Part shown: positions 12,390 to 25,160 of the stretch, one piece after another | Position numbering within the stretch: position 1 is the first letter of the stretch | How the letters are laid out: every line of letters starts with the position of its first letter | Source: Octopus sinensis | Lineage: Eukaryota | Assembly: GCF_006345805.1 (NCBI RefSeq) | Contig: NC_042997.1 | Coordinates: 84,258,001 to 84,322,000, forward strand | DNA length: 64,000 bases | Reading direction: 5' to 3' | Translations under genes and position numbers: made by a program | Notes under the pieces: generated by a model | What the model saw: only the letters and a program-made list of their open reading frames with translations | Told to the model about the DNA's origin: nothing | The model's database searches: none

Positions 12390-13190
12390 AGTACAAGTTC
12401 TGAAATTTTGTGGGGAAAGTGCTAGTCGATTACGTCAATCCCAGTGTGCAACTGGTACTTATTTTATCGACCCCAAATGGATAAAAGGCAAAGTCGAGCA
12501 AAGTGGAGTTTGAACTCAGAACGTAAGGACGGACGAGATATCGCTAAACATTTTGTTCGGTGCGGTAACGATTCTTATTTCTTATTTCTTTACTGCCCAC
12601 AAGGGGCTACACACAGATGGGACAAACAAGGACAGACAAACGGATTAGTCGATTACACCGACCCCAGTGCGCAACAGGTACTTAATTTATCGACCCCGAA
12701 AGGATGAAACTCAAAGTCGACAACGGCGGAATTTGAACTCAGAACGTAGCGGCAGACGAAATACCTATTTCTTTACTACCCACAAGAGGCTAAACACAGA
12801 GAGGAAAAACAAGGACAGATGAACGGATTAAGTCGATTGTACGACCTCAGTGCATAACTGGTACTTATTTAATCGACCCCGAAAGGATGAAAGGCAAAGT
12901 CGACCTCGGCGGAATTTGAATTCAGAACGTAACGGCAGATACCAGCTCGCCGCCCTATCTGAATGTTAATAATCATTTTTGCTATAAGCACGAGACCTCA
13001 AATTTACGGGGAGGCAGGGTAATCGATTACATCAGTCCCAGTACTCAACTGGTACATATTTTATTAATACCGAAAGGATGAAAAACAAAGTCGATCTCGG
13101 CGGGATTTGAGCTCAGAACATAAAAGATAGAGGAGAATACACTAAACATTTTATCTGGTGCGGTAACGATTCTGCTAGCTTGCCGCTTTA
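12390..13190 (-). mobile_element. Cluster of four same-orientation SINE family 2 copies
   Basis: TATCGACCC...AAAGGATGAAA..CAAAGTCGA...GAACTCAGAACGTA recurs at ~12465, ~12690, ~12870 and ~13065. Two copies carry the extra TAAAGAAATA/CCCACAAG segment. Confidence 0.85.
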
Positions 13191-13759
13191 TCTCAATGTA
13201 AATAATAATAGCATAATAGCAATAATAATGATTTATGTAGAGAATCGTTGGTGTGTTGGTGGTTAAATAAGCCAACAAATAAAAGATGAAATATGTAACT
13301 GTGTAAGATGGCTGTTTGATCATTAGTGACTTACTGTGCACAAGAGAAATAAGTTGGAAAGGATCCACAATCAAAGTCTTCACAGGCAAGGAACAGAAAT
13401 AAAAATTCAACTGGGCGAGAAACAACGGTAGGGTAATCGGAGTAGGCATATTTCTAATAACGAAATGGACAGATAAAGTAAGTGAGGTAGTCACAGCGAG
13501 CGACAGGTTTGTGAACCTTAAGATTGTTGTAGACAATTCAACAGTGATATTTATATTTACTTACGCATCACATCCAGGACTGTCAGATGATCATCAGGAC
13601 CACTTTTATAGAAACCCTTTTGTAGACTGTGGATTGCGATTGCTTTTGACTCCGCCATTACAGATGATGATTTTAATGGATGTGTTGGACAACTCCATGA
13701 GGACCTTTCTGGTTATGGTATGTGAAATAAAGAGGAATCAAGACTCCTAGAGTTCTATG

Positions 13760-15070
13760 ACGCAAAGGTTTAAATTATGTACAGTATAAACTTTAAGAGA
13801 CAAGCTAACTACTTGACCAATCACCTATCATGGGAAGACACAATTTCGATAGCTCTTATTTTCACCTAGAAACAGGATATGCAGATCAGTAGGAATGCTA
13901 AATCAATTCTAAGTAAACAATACATCACCCAGCATAGATCTGTGATTGACAACATTGATTAGTGATTAACTAGACAGACTTTGAAAAAAACAACTTGGAG
14001 AAAGAAGACTAGAAAGCTAAAAAAAAAAACAAAAAAAACCTCCCGGTAGTTCGTAGATTCAGAGAACCATAAATGACACTTATTTCCGCAGTGAAGAGAT
14101 TAAAACTTATTAGATAGAAGACAACTGGGAGATTTCACAAGATAAGCGTCCAATGCTTATCTATATCAAATGTGTGGTTGATAAAAAGTTCCAATCAGAC
14201 CAAAAGTGTTGTGATGGTGAAATGATGAGTAGTTAGAGCCATAATGGCTAAGAGATAGGACTGGAAAGACTGGAGAGAATGGGAAAAACAGAGAGAATTT
14301 TATCAAATAGCTAGAAGAGAAGCTCGGTGTCAAATATATTTAACTAGGGGAAAAAGTAGAAAGATTTATAAATGTTCTGCGACGTTTGGACCAAAGGAGT
14401 GAAATATTTTAGATTGCAAGACAGTGTGCCAGGGTTAATCGTGACGTCGTTGGGGAAATATGTATTGATAATAATGGTGGCATAGGCACACTCGCCTTTA
14501 ATAATGATAAAAAAGAAAGAGTTATGGAAGTGATATTATTAGTATCGTTAATTGTAGAATATGCCTTTCAAGATGATCGATCAACAGAGAGACCAACCAT
14601 TTATATTGACAACATTATAGTCAGATCGAAGTTAGGGAATGTACCTAGTCCGTCCATTAAAAATTACCGTTAAAATGTTTAAAATATTCGACAGTGTAGG
14701 GCACTAGCGAAACACCCGCATAGACAATCAAGTAGTACTGAAAGGTGTCATACCCAGTGATTGGTGCTGTTGTTTGATAGTGAAATGCAATAAGGACAAA
14801 GTAAGAAAATACAAAAGCATCAACTTGTTGGATTAGATTATAAAAGTTACAGAAATTGTTACTTGAAAACTGATGAAGAAAAGGATTAACCTTGATGAGA
14901 TGCATTAAGATTTGTACGTAGGAATGGTGCTATTGATCCATATTCCTTGTAACTACAAGAGAAGCACTCAGAGAGAGTAGGATCCCTATCTTAGAATTCG
15001 TCGAAAACCTTTGACAGGGTCCTTCAGTTTGTTATCCGGTGGTCTGCAGGAAAAGGTTTTAGCCCTCAAG
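13760..15070 (+). mobile_element. Degenerate RTE-clade LINE (APE C-terminus, linker, RT N-terminus)
   Basis: Broken frames give ITYHGKTQ, ITQHRSVID, YQIARREAR, VEYAF, GRNGAIDP and KTFDRV, in the RTE ORF order. Confidence 0.7.
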
Positions 15071-15309
15071 AACATTCATGCTGACATGGGTGCTACATTA
15101 GGGGGTGACGCGCCAGCTTTATCAACAGCGTTGAGGAGATTCTGCACTGAATATCTAGATAGATTGTTGGATAGATAGCTAAATAGAGAGAGAGAGAGGG
15201 AGGGAGAAAGAGAGACAGAGATTGATATTAACAGACTGTCAGATAGACAGACAGATATATAGATAGATAGATAGATTGAGAGAAGAAGAAGAAGATAGAT
15301 AGATAGATG

Positions 15310-15376
<67 letters not shown>

Positions 15377-15658
15377 GGATAGATATGAATGTATGGATGT
15401 ATGCATGTATGTATATATGTTTGTATGCAAGTATGTAGTTGAGGATGTAAAATTTCTTGAGGATGATGCACTCACACGAACCATTATACATACATCAAAT
15501 GAATCAGAAAATGAATTTTCAATCAGCAAAATACCTCATTTGTTGACTAGACTAAAAAAAAAAACAACACACACGCACATACATACATACATATACATAC
15601 ATACATACATACATACATACATACATACATACATACATACACACATACATTCGTGCAT

Positions 15659-15689
<31 letters not shown>

Positions 15690-16094
15690 CACACATATAC
15701 ATAATGCCAGTCATTATGTCTTGGGTATTTAGCAAACAGAAACGCCGAATTCATAACCCAAGTGAATATCCTAGCTTTCACGCATGACGACTTACAATCC
15801 ACTGCGCTCCAAATCCGTTCTCCGAAATCGTGTCCGTTTCCTACGAGAAGTCAACCAGGCCAGTAGAATTGTAAATCGTAAGGTAGATAATTAAGGCAGG
15901 AACATGAAAGGAAAAAATACCAAGATCAAATGTTTCCGAAAATTATTAAGATTTTGATTTAGATTTAGTGAATAAATAAATAAAACAAAACTCTTTTTCT
16001 CTCACTCCTTTCTTTTTCCCCCTGATTACCTCCCTTGGTTTCTCTCTATTTTTTCTCTCTTCCTCAAGCAATTTTACCTTCGTATACTAACACC

Positions 16095-16096
<2 letters not shown>

Positions 16097-16125
<29 letters not shown>

Positions 16126-16625
16126 CTTCTTCTTCTTCTTCTTCTTCTTCTTCTTCTCCTCCCTCCCCTCCTCCTCCTCCTTCTTCTTCTTCTTCTTCTT
16201 CTTCTCCTCCTCCCTCCCCTCCTCCTCCTCCTTCTTCTTCTTCTTCTTCTTCTTTCTTCCCCTTCTCCTCCTCCCTCCCCTCCTCCTCCTCCTCCTTCTT
16301 CTTCTTTTCTCTTCTTATCTTCTTCTTCTTCTTCTTCTCCTCCCCCCCCTCCTCCTCCTCCTCCTCTTCTTCTTCTTCTCCCCCCCTCCTCCTTCTTCTT
16401 CTTCTTCTTCTTCTTCTTCTTTTCTCTCTCTCTCTCCCGCTCTCTCACTCTCTCGTACACCTCCTTTACATTGTAACACCCACACTCTCAAACAACAACT
16501 TACAAACTAACAAGTACACTTTCTCTCTCTCTTTCTTTATCTCTCTCTCTTTCTCTCTCCATCTCTCCCTCTCTATCTCTGTCTTTCCATCTCTCTCTCT
16601 CTCTTTCTCTTTCTCTCCCTTCTTT
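16097..16625. repeat. Long polypyrimidine tract: (TTC)n/(TCC)n then (CT)n
   Basis: Directly visible; one A/G-containing interruption at ~16455-16520. Confidence 0.95.
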
Positions 16626-17319
16626 CCTTGACTGATATGTCTTCAGTAATATCCCTCAACGAATACTACTTCTCTATCACGTGAGATCTATTCATTTCTC
16701 TCTCTTTCTGTCGCTCCTTCTCTCACGCTCTTTATCTTTTTGCTTCTTTCTTTTACATAGCTTCTCATTCACTGCACAAACACACATTCTACTCTTTCTT
16801 ACTGTTTTATCTTCCGCTCTAATCATTTACGATATGGCCGATAGACAAACACATCATATTCGCCTAGCAGTTTCATATACCACAAGTTCAGATCTTATGA
16901 AGGTTCAAATCTTATGGATATTTTTTGTGCTTCAGTTTATATATATTATTACTTATTTTATATCACAATTTCTGCTCATTCTCGTTGATTGAGGTTTCCG
17001 ACTAACTAACAACTCGCTCATTGTTCTCTGCCAGCGAGATTGACAAAAGAAGTGTCTTTAACTTGAGGTTGCACAACTATCTCACATGATTCGTAAGCAC
17101 TGTTCTATTGCAGAACTTCGCCGATATACCTAAGTGAAAGACACACCCACATACATGCATGCATACAGACATATTGATATATATGTCAATTTATATTTGA
17201 GTTTTCCTTGAATTCCTTCTAAACCTTTTACTCATGAGACATTTCTTATTACTTGGCATTAACTCTATAATACGCATTGCGTAAGTTGATCTTAAATTGT
17301 TTCAAAGGTCGACTTTGCG

Positions 17320-17452
17320 TTTCATCCTTTCGGGGTCGATAAATTGAGTACCAGTTGTACACTGGGGTCGGTGTAATCGACTAATCCGTTTGTCTGTCCT
17401 TTTTTGTCCCATCTGTGTGTAGCCCCTTGTGGGCAGTAAAGAAATAAGAAAT
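17320..17452 (+). mobile_element. SINE family 2 (long-tail subfamily), 5'-truncated
   Basis: GTCGACTTTGCGTTTCATCCTTTCGGGGTCGATAAATT...TAGCCCCTTGTGGGCAGTAAAGAAATAAG. Confidence 0.8.
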
Positions 17453-18872
17453 TGTGATATGAACTTGCAGCAGGTCTCTGCCTCAATGTTAAACCCAACT
17501 GTTATCTTTGTAAACAAAATGTGCATAAACAGATAAACATGATCTTTCAAAATGAGTGATACGCTTTTAATAATCTGGCCAATCAAATTAAAAGAAACAC
17601 ATCCTGGATTTTCGAGTGATGACGTCATCACAGGTCTCTTCAACCAGGTTCATTCTGGGGGTCAATAAAAGAGACAACGTCTGAAGAGAATGTAGCAGAG
17701 AATTTGACCGGGGGATGGTTTATCAGGAATCTAGCAACGTCTACAGCGAAGCATGCTAGCCTGAAAATTCTCGATCTTGACAGTAACCGTGGTTGTAGCT
17801 CTCAAAATGTTGGATAGTAATAAGAATTGTTAATATTACCATTAAAGCACTCACCGTTTCCACAAACATATTTCTAGCTACTCTTAGAGCATGCATTTGC
17901 TTCTGGCATGAAGAGAACTCCTCAACGTACCTTGGTTTTCTTTCCCTACCAATAACATAGATGAATAATTAGAACCGAAGATTACTGTTCTCATTCATCT
18001 AATAACATACACTTATTACAAGCTCTTCCTGTAATGTTATATACAATGCATACTGATTAGGACTAACCAAAAAACGTTTTCAGTTCTTCCAGCTATTTTA
18101 CGGTTTCCTCCAGCATATGTATTTTGAACAATATTCACTTTTATCGTTAGAATGTACTCAGTGTATGACGATTATAACAGTTAGTAAAGCTCTGACTTTC
18201 CTTCAACAAAATCAAATGATGCTTGTTGAGTTTCTGCAAACACTGTGGAAATAATCTGAATAAAGAACCAGAAGGTTCAACTGCAATTTGGAAGATAAAG
18301 AAAGTTTAACACCATGCAAGGTATGAATGTATCCATTACTTTCTTGATTGTCGTCCTGCGTGAGTTATAGAGCTAGCTAAATGTGTCCCAGTTTGCGACC
18401 TGTTTAGTTTTCTTCGATTGGTAAAGCTCATTGATCACGTTGAATATTAAGTGTAGAATTTTAGGAACTCTGATAAGTTAGTAGACTTAAGTAATATTCT
18501 TAACTTGTAAGAAGATGGTTGCTGTGCAATAGAAAGATATAAATGGGCTCTTTAATTTAGAGTTAATCAGACGATTGTGATAGGAGACGAAATGCAGAAG
18601 GCTGCTCGTAGAACGATATCAAAATGTTTGTAGAGACAATATGTCGGTCAGGGTTATAGAGGAGTGAAGGTACAAACTGATGTAGATAGTCCAGAATGAA
18701 AGATAAAATCTGGGATAAAAGAGAGGAGAGTAAAGATGAAAGATGCATTAATAGTAACTTCCTTTTCTTTCCCCTGTATCACTGGTTTTCTTTCTTCAGC
18801 AGCACGTTGTTTTCTATCATTGAGTATGTGTGAGTGTATGTACGTGTATGTACGCAAAAAGATACAAACATA

Positions 18873-18963
<91 letters not shown>

Positions 18964-19309
18964 ATCCTATCACTTTATTCTGTTCCTTTATAAACTTTCA
19001 GTTCGCTTTCTAATTTACTTACAATATAAGTGCACTCAAATACATACACACGCTGTCCTTGGCTTTGATGTCATTCCATATAGATAAATATTACTTTGCA
19101 TTTATTTATCTACTAATATAATTGGCAGCATTACTCTCTCATTGTCTTTCTCTTTCTCTCTCTCTCTCTTTCTCTCTGATTGTCCATCCCACTGATATTT
19201 GCATCAAAGGCAAGAAGATGCATTATCTATGCTATCTTTGTATTTTATTGAAAGACACCAGATCGCTTAAGTAGCAGAATACGAAGTAGAAATGTACATA
19301 ATTTTAGCT

Positions 19310-19884
19310 GTCTACATACATACATACATACATACATACATACATGCATGCATATATACATACATACATACATACATACATACATACATACATACATACA
19401 TACTACATACATACATACATACATACATGCATACATACATAATATTTGTATGTATGTATTTAGTCATTGGACTACGACTATGCTGGGGTACCAGTTTGTA
19501 GGTTTAGTCGAAGAAATCAACCCAGGTATTTATTTTTTAAATCTAGAACAACTAAATTACGGAACGTAAATAACACCGACTATCAAGTGGTGCTGGTGGG
19601 GAAAATACATACACAAATCACACACATACACACAAACACACATACATACATACATACATACATACATACATACATACATACATACATACATACATACATA
19701 CATACATACATACATACATACATACATACATACATACATACATAATACATACATACATACATACATACATACATACATGCATACATACATACATACATAC
19801 ATGCATACATACATACATACATACATACATACATACATACATACATACATGCATACATACATACATACATGCATACATACACAC
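19310..19884. repeat. Two (TACA)n arrays flanking a SINE1 tail fragment
   Basis: Directly visible. Confidence 0.9.
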
Positions 19885-20751
19885 AAAAAAAGACATGGGT
19901 ATGTTGCCCGGAAGCTTGAAGAAGACAGTAAAATTGACACGGAGCGCAGCCTCTCTAGGATACAAGAGCTCTACATCACATCACACTTTGAGGGCTTTGC
20001 GTTTGCAATCCAGGTACAGGAGATTGCCAGAAAGTACTTGGTGAGTAAGAGAGACAGTGCCGTCCTTGTACTCTTAAGGTGCAACCGTATGTGTAGGCTA
20101 TGTCACGTTTCTGTGGAACACATCACGCATGTGATTAGCAGCTGTCCTAAAATATTGTCACAGTACTACCTCCCTATGCGGTATGATGTTGTTGTTAAAA
20201 CAATTTACAATACCATCCGCAAAAAAGACTGTCCTGAAATAAACTCAGAATATCCCTCTGTTATGGAGTACATTCATGAACACCAACTCAAGGAATACTG
20301 GTGGAATATTCCCACCAAAACTTCTGTCAAATGTAAACACAACAGGCAAGATATTGTTGTTTGGAACAGAGAGGCAAAGGTATGTACCAGCATAGAGGTC
20401 AGCTGCCCTGCAGATATAAATAACTCTTTGAAAATCAAAGAAAAAGAGGATATCTATGGACAACTGCTTGAAAACCTCCAGCTTCTATATCCAGACTATG
20501 AATTCATATTCATAACAAAACTAATTGGAGCTCTAGGTTTTGTTAGTAAATGCTTAAAGAAAAATCTGGATAAACAGGGAAATCGACCGGCTAATTCGTC
20601 CATTACAAGTGCAGTCTGTGAGTGGAACAGTAAAAATATGCAAGACTTTTCTCAAGTCCCAGAAGTGAATTGATGGAGCTTTGTGTCTTTGTTGAAACCG
20701 GCTACCTCCTCAGTAGAAGATAATAATATAATAATTAAAAAACAGAAGAGA
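19885..20751 (+). mobile_element. R4-like RLE LINE lineage 2 (WWNIP type), 5'-truncated copy 1
   Basis: ORF 19777-20673: FEGFAFAIQVQEI, CRLCHVSVEHITHVISSCP (CCHC), YWWNIP, HNRQDIVVW..IEVSCP (RLE). 3' UTR ends ...CAGAAGAGA followed by CATACATAC. Confidence 0.85.
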
Positions 20752-20761
20752 ACCATACATA

Positions 20762-21420
20762 CATTAGCAGCTGCTCTCAAATGTCATAAAGGTACTACCT
20801 TCCTATGCAACATGACATTGTCGCAAAAACAATATTCAAGGCTATTTCGAAAAAAAAAAAAAAACTATTCTGGAACAGATACAGAGAATCTCCCTGTTAC
20901 TGAACATGTACTCAAATATCAGCACAGGGAATACTGGTGGAATATTCCCATCAAAACATCTGTCAAGAGTAAGCATAACAGGCCGGATATTGTTGTTTGG
21001 GACAGACCAGAAATAGTATGCACTGTCATAGAAGTCAGCTGTCCTGATGATGTGAATATCTCTTTGAAAGTCACAGAGAAAGAAGTTAACTATGGACAAC
21101 TGCTTCGAAATTTCCTGCTTCTATATCCGGATTACAAATTTATATTTATACCAAAAATAATTTGGGCATTTGGTTTTGTAAGTAAATGCCTAACTGTCTG
21201 TCTGGATAAGCTAGGATTTTCAGAAAAAGAAATCAACCAACTTATTTGCATATTACAAATACAATCTGTAGGCGGGACAGAAAAAAATATGCAGGGCTTT
21301 TCTCAGGTTTAAAATATGACTGTTTTCGTTATCTACATTCCAAAGATGGGGCTTTGTATCTTTGTTAGAAACCAGCTGCTTCTTCAGAGAAAGAATTTGA
21401 ATAATTAAGGAAAGAGGAGA
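20762..21420 (+). mobile_element. R4-like RLE LINE lineage 2, 5'-truncated copy 2, directly behind copy 1
   Basis: Starts ATTAGCAGCTG, homologous to 20134 onward. YWWNIPIKTSVKSKHNRPDIVVW, IEVSCP, same 3' UTR. Confidence 0.85.
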
Positions 21421-21476
21421 AACACATACACAGATATACAAATACACACGACACGCACACACATACACTCACACGC

Positions 21477-21504
<28 letters not shown>

Positions 21505-21516
<12 letters not shown>

Positions 21517-21635
21517 CGGGCTTCTTTATGTTTTTGTCTACCAAATCCACTCAAAAGGCTCTAGTAAAAGGCACTTGTCCAAGGTGCCGCGCCGTGAGAG
21601 ATGCTTGGGAAGCAAGTTTCTTAACCACACACCCA
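21505..21635 (-). mobile_element. SINE family 1 partial
   Basis: CTACCAAATCCACTCAAAAGG...GGCACTTGTCCAAGGTGCCGCGC. Confidence 0.65.
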
Positions 21636-22619
21636 CACACACGTGATCGTAAATTTTATTGTTTATTAAATGGCAAAGAAGTATTTTATTCAATTAATCA
21701 ATTTAGATCCAGTTATTGCCAGAAGTTAGCGTTAAATGTAGACGTTTATCTCCGGTAGATATTCCACGGATTCTTACTACTTTACACAGGTTTGTAAATG
21801 TGTGTGTATGTATGTGTGTATGTGTGTGCGTGCGTGTGTTCACTTCAATCTATGCACAGCCGTCGAGATGCTTGCAGTAGTTTCTTAATTGGTTTCACAC
21901 ACGTATATCTGTTTGTATATCTGTTCGTACTGGCTTGACTGATTAATTCGTGCATCTTAAATATCTTTTGTTACAAGTAATGCATTTGTCTAATCTGTAT
22001 AAACAAAACATCGGTTCTCTAATAATGTACGCCAATAATGCGTATCCAGCTGTTTTAATTAATTAGCTTCTAGATTTCTCAGTTAAAAATCTGCACAGCT
22101 AATATCAGATATCAGTTTGAACATTTCCTCAACCGTTAAGCTGATTGCAACCATCCATATTTATTTTAAATCCGTTAATTTTTCGGAATAACTTATGTTA
22201 ATTCCTACTATCTCCTACACATAGTACCCCTATAAAATCAATATCTCTACTCTACTCCCATTCATATTTCTCACAAATAACCAGATGCATACATGCATAC
22301 ATGCATACATGCATACATACATACATACATACATACATACATACATACATACATACATACATACATACATAATTCGTAATACATACATGTTAAATTCGAG
22401 CTGTTATTTGCTTCATGCTGTGAAAACATAATTGCCTGACAAGCTTGTATGCGTTCTATGTGTTTCCAGGTAATTGTTCATGAAACCTATGGTGCTCGAA
22501 TTTATATCCTGTATACATTAAATGATATTTATCTCTCACTGGATGGAGTATTTTTATGTTGATCCTACAAATAACAGAACAGTGCATTATTCACGCGAAC
22601 GTGCGTGTATGTATATGTA

Positions 22620-22955
22620 TGGGTGTGTGGCAAGAAGTTACTTCCCAATTACATGGTTCTGGGTTCAGTCCCACTGAGTAGAACCCCGGACAAATGTCTC
22701 CTACTATAGCCTTAAGCTGCCCAAAGCCTCATGAGTGGATTTGGTAGACGGAACATGAAAGAAGACTGTCGTATATGTCATCCTTTGTTGGTGTGTTTGC
22801 GTCCCCGTAACCTAGCCGTTCGGTAAAAAGAGAATAAATACCAGGTTTATAGGAAAATAAGTACTAAGGTAGATACGTTCGACTAAAATTCTTCACGGCG
22901 GTGCCCCAAAATGACCGCAGTCTAATAGCTGAGAGTAGTAAAGGATAAAAGAAAC
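22620..22955 (+). mobile_element. SINE family 1
   Basis: GTGTGTGGCAAGAAGTTA...GGGTTCAGTCCC...GAGTGGATTTGGTAGACGGAA...CGGTGCCCCAAAATGACCGCAG, ending in an AGTAAAGGATAAAAG tail. Confidence 0.8.
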
Positions 22956-23009
22956 ACACACACACATGTTGGTGATGACGGAATTTGATTTTCAACCATT
23001 GCATTTATA

Positions 23010-23270
23010 CATCAATTAGGTGTATGTTGTCTGAGTTTATTTCAGTTATGTGTTGTATTAGGAGTTTTGCTTCCAACATTAATGGTCGATATTCATGGAA
23101 AATTCTGCAGACTATTGAAGTGTTGTTCACCAGTGTTTTCTTGTCTAGTTTTGTTTTGTGTTGTTCGGTGTAGTACATCGCAGTTCCTTCATATTGTGAG
23201 TGGGGAACCGGGGAGAATGTGTCGTTCTTAGTCAATTTCAGAGCTGGAGTCATGAAGCTTACAGATTTCA
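23010..23270 (-). mobile_element. Possible Penelope-like GIY-YIG endonuclease C-terminal relic
   Basis: Minus ORF ...EQHKTKLDKKTLVNNTSIV...LMLEAKLLIQHITEINS resembles the H..H...LE...I...P.(I/L)N end of PLE GIY-YIG domains. The GIY/YIG motifs themselves are not seen. Confidence 0.4.
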
Positions 23271-24329
23271 CTTTTAAAAGAAAATTTATAAACTACACTG
23301 GTTTTAGTAGCTTGCTTACATGTTTGTGATTATTTATAAAACATTTTAAATTTCATCTTTGGTAGCATATTAGTAGTTTTAGTTTATAGTTTAATACAAT
23401 ACATTTCTGTTCTGTTTTAGGAAGTTTTTTTTTGACAATGTGTTCTATTTTCTAGTTAGTATATATTTGTTCCATATAATGCACTTTATACGTGGTTCAA
23501 GTATTTTTAACTGTTGCTTTGCTGGATGTATTTGTTGCCTGTGTTATATATTTTAGCTTGTTAGTTTGAGGGAATAACCGTTGTTGTTCTATTGTGTCGA
23601 ATTCTTTTATGCAGTATTCGTTATATTATATCTTATTTAGCTAGTGCGTCGTTTGACTTTGGTGGAATTGATACGGTATCAGATTAACGACCGAAGTGTC
23701 TACAAAACGATGATATGATGTCTTTGAACATGACATGAGGCATGGGACTACAAGAAGATACAACATATCTCTTTAACCAAATTTTATCGTGAGCAAGCGA
23801 ACTCTCGCTCTGCTACTAACTTAATAAGAAAGTTGAGTCAACTTCAAATTTGTGATTTGCCGTTTTTAAATTACACTGTGGAACGCGAATATTGTCCTTG
23901 GATAACAACTGTTATTTCCTCTTTGCTTGCCCTTAGAAAGTACGAAAAGTGGCTAATATTTCCTTCAAACTTTACTTTTGTGACATTTATTCAAACCCTA
24001 AGGAATCCCTCTTAACTCATGGCTATAACGCTCCCCTATTACTCTTGCTCATGGTCAGACATGCATATATTTTCAGTCACTAAGAGACATGCTCAAGGGA
24101 TTAAGGTCAAGCAACTGACAAGCAAATCTGTGATGTTGAGCAGAATGTTTGCTCTAATGATATTTCTGCTTCAACAGTTCAGCGTCGAATCTGTCTGAAA
24201 TGTAATGGAAAATAGGTAAGTTTCAAAACATTGATATTCAGGTCTCAAAATCAAAGTTTAAAGGAAATAGTAGTCATTTTGTTTGATTTCTAGATAGAAG
24301 CAAATATGAAGTAACACTTCCTGACTAAA

Positions 24330-24660
24330 GACAAAAAAAAACTTGTTGCACAGTATCTTTGGTGTAAATGGACGTCCTTTTGCTGACCTACTGTATTATA
24401 GGGACGTAAACAAACCAACACCGAGTGTCAAGCGGTATAGGGAAGACACACACATACACATATGTACAAACATACACACGCAAACATGCTCATGCACTTA
24501 TACAAGGGGCTTCTCCACCGTTTCTGTCTACTCACAAGACATTGGTCAGCACGGGGATATAGTAGAAGATACTTGTCTAAACTTCCACGCACTTCCACTG
24601 AACTCGAAACCAAGCGAGCTTCTTAACCACACAACCATGTTTGCACCTATTCTTAACCAC
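24330..24660 (-). mobile_element. SINE family 1, degenerate
   Basis: GGGACGTAAACAAACCAACACC, CA tract, CTACTCACAAGACATTGG, TTCTTAACCACAC. Confidence 0.7.
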
Positions 24661-25054
24661 GCAGCCTTGCATTTGCAGAGTTGCTTTCCAGCTTTTGCGA
24701 TGAGTTCGTTATGACGTGTATATCTTTTTTCATATCTACTGTATATCGGATATCTCAGTTTCGATTAATTTTCCGATGTCAATGGCCGTTTATGGAAAAA
24801 GAGAAAGAAACGCTTGCGTCGTGCATTATTAATTAACCACGTTATCAGCGTATATAATATAAATTAGTTACAAACCAAGCGAGTTCTTTATCTTATGCAT
24901 ACCTAATTTGCATAGTGGTCATCGAGATAGTACTTCTGTTGTACAGCACACTTGTAATTTATTTAGTATGTGCGCTAGTAACGAAATCATTAGTAGAGAA
25001 CACATCTCATTCCTACAGGATTTATTTCTTTAAAAACATAAAAGAATAATAATA

Positions 25055-25160
25055 GGTGCAGACGTGGCTGTGTGGTAAAAAGCTTACTTTTCAAGCTTAC
25101 TTCAGTCCCACTGCGTGGCAATTTGGGCAAGTGTGTTCTCCTATAGCCTCGGGCCAACCA
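25055..25160 (+). mobile_element. SINE family 1 head
   Basis: AGGTGCAGACGTGGCTGTGTGGTAAAAAGCTT...CAGTCCCACTGCGTGGCAATTTGGGCAAGTG. Confidence 0.75.

Noticed and set aside
17740-18560. Possible minus-strand transposase or LINE relic (SRRTTIKKVM-like peptide)
   Set aside because: One short motif only; I could not establish catalytic residues or termini.
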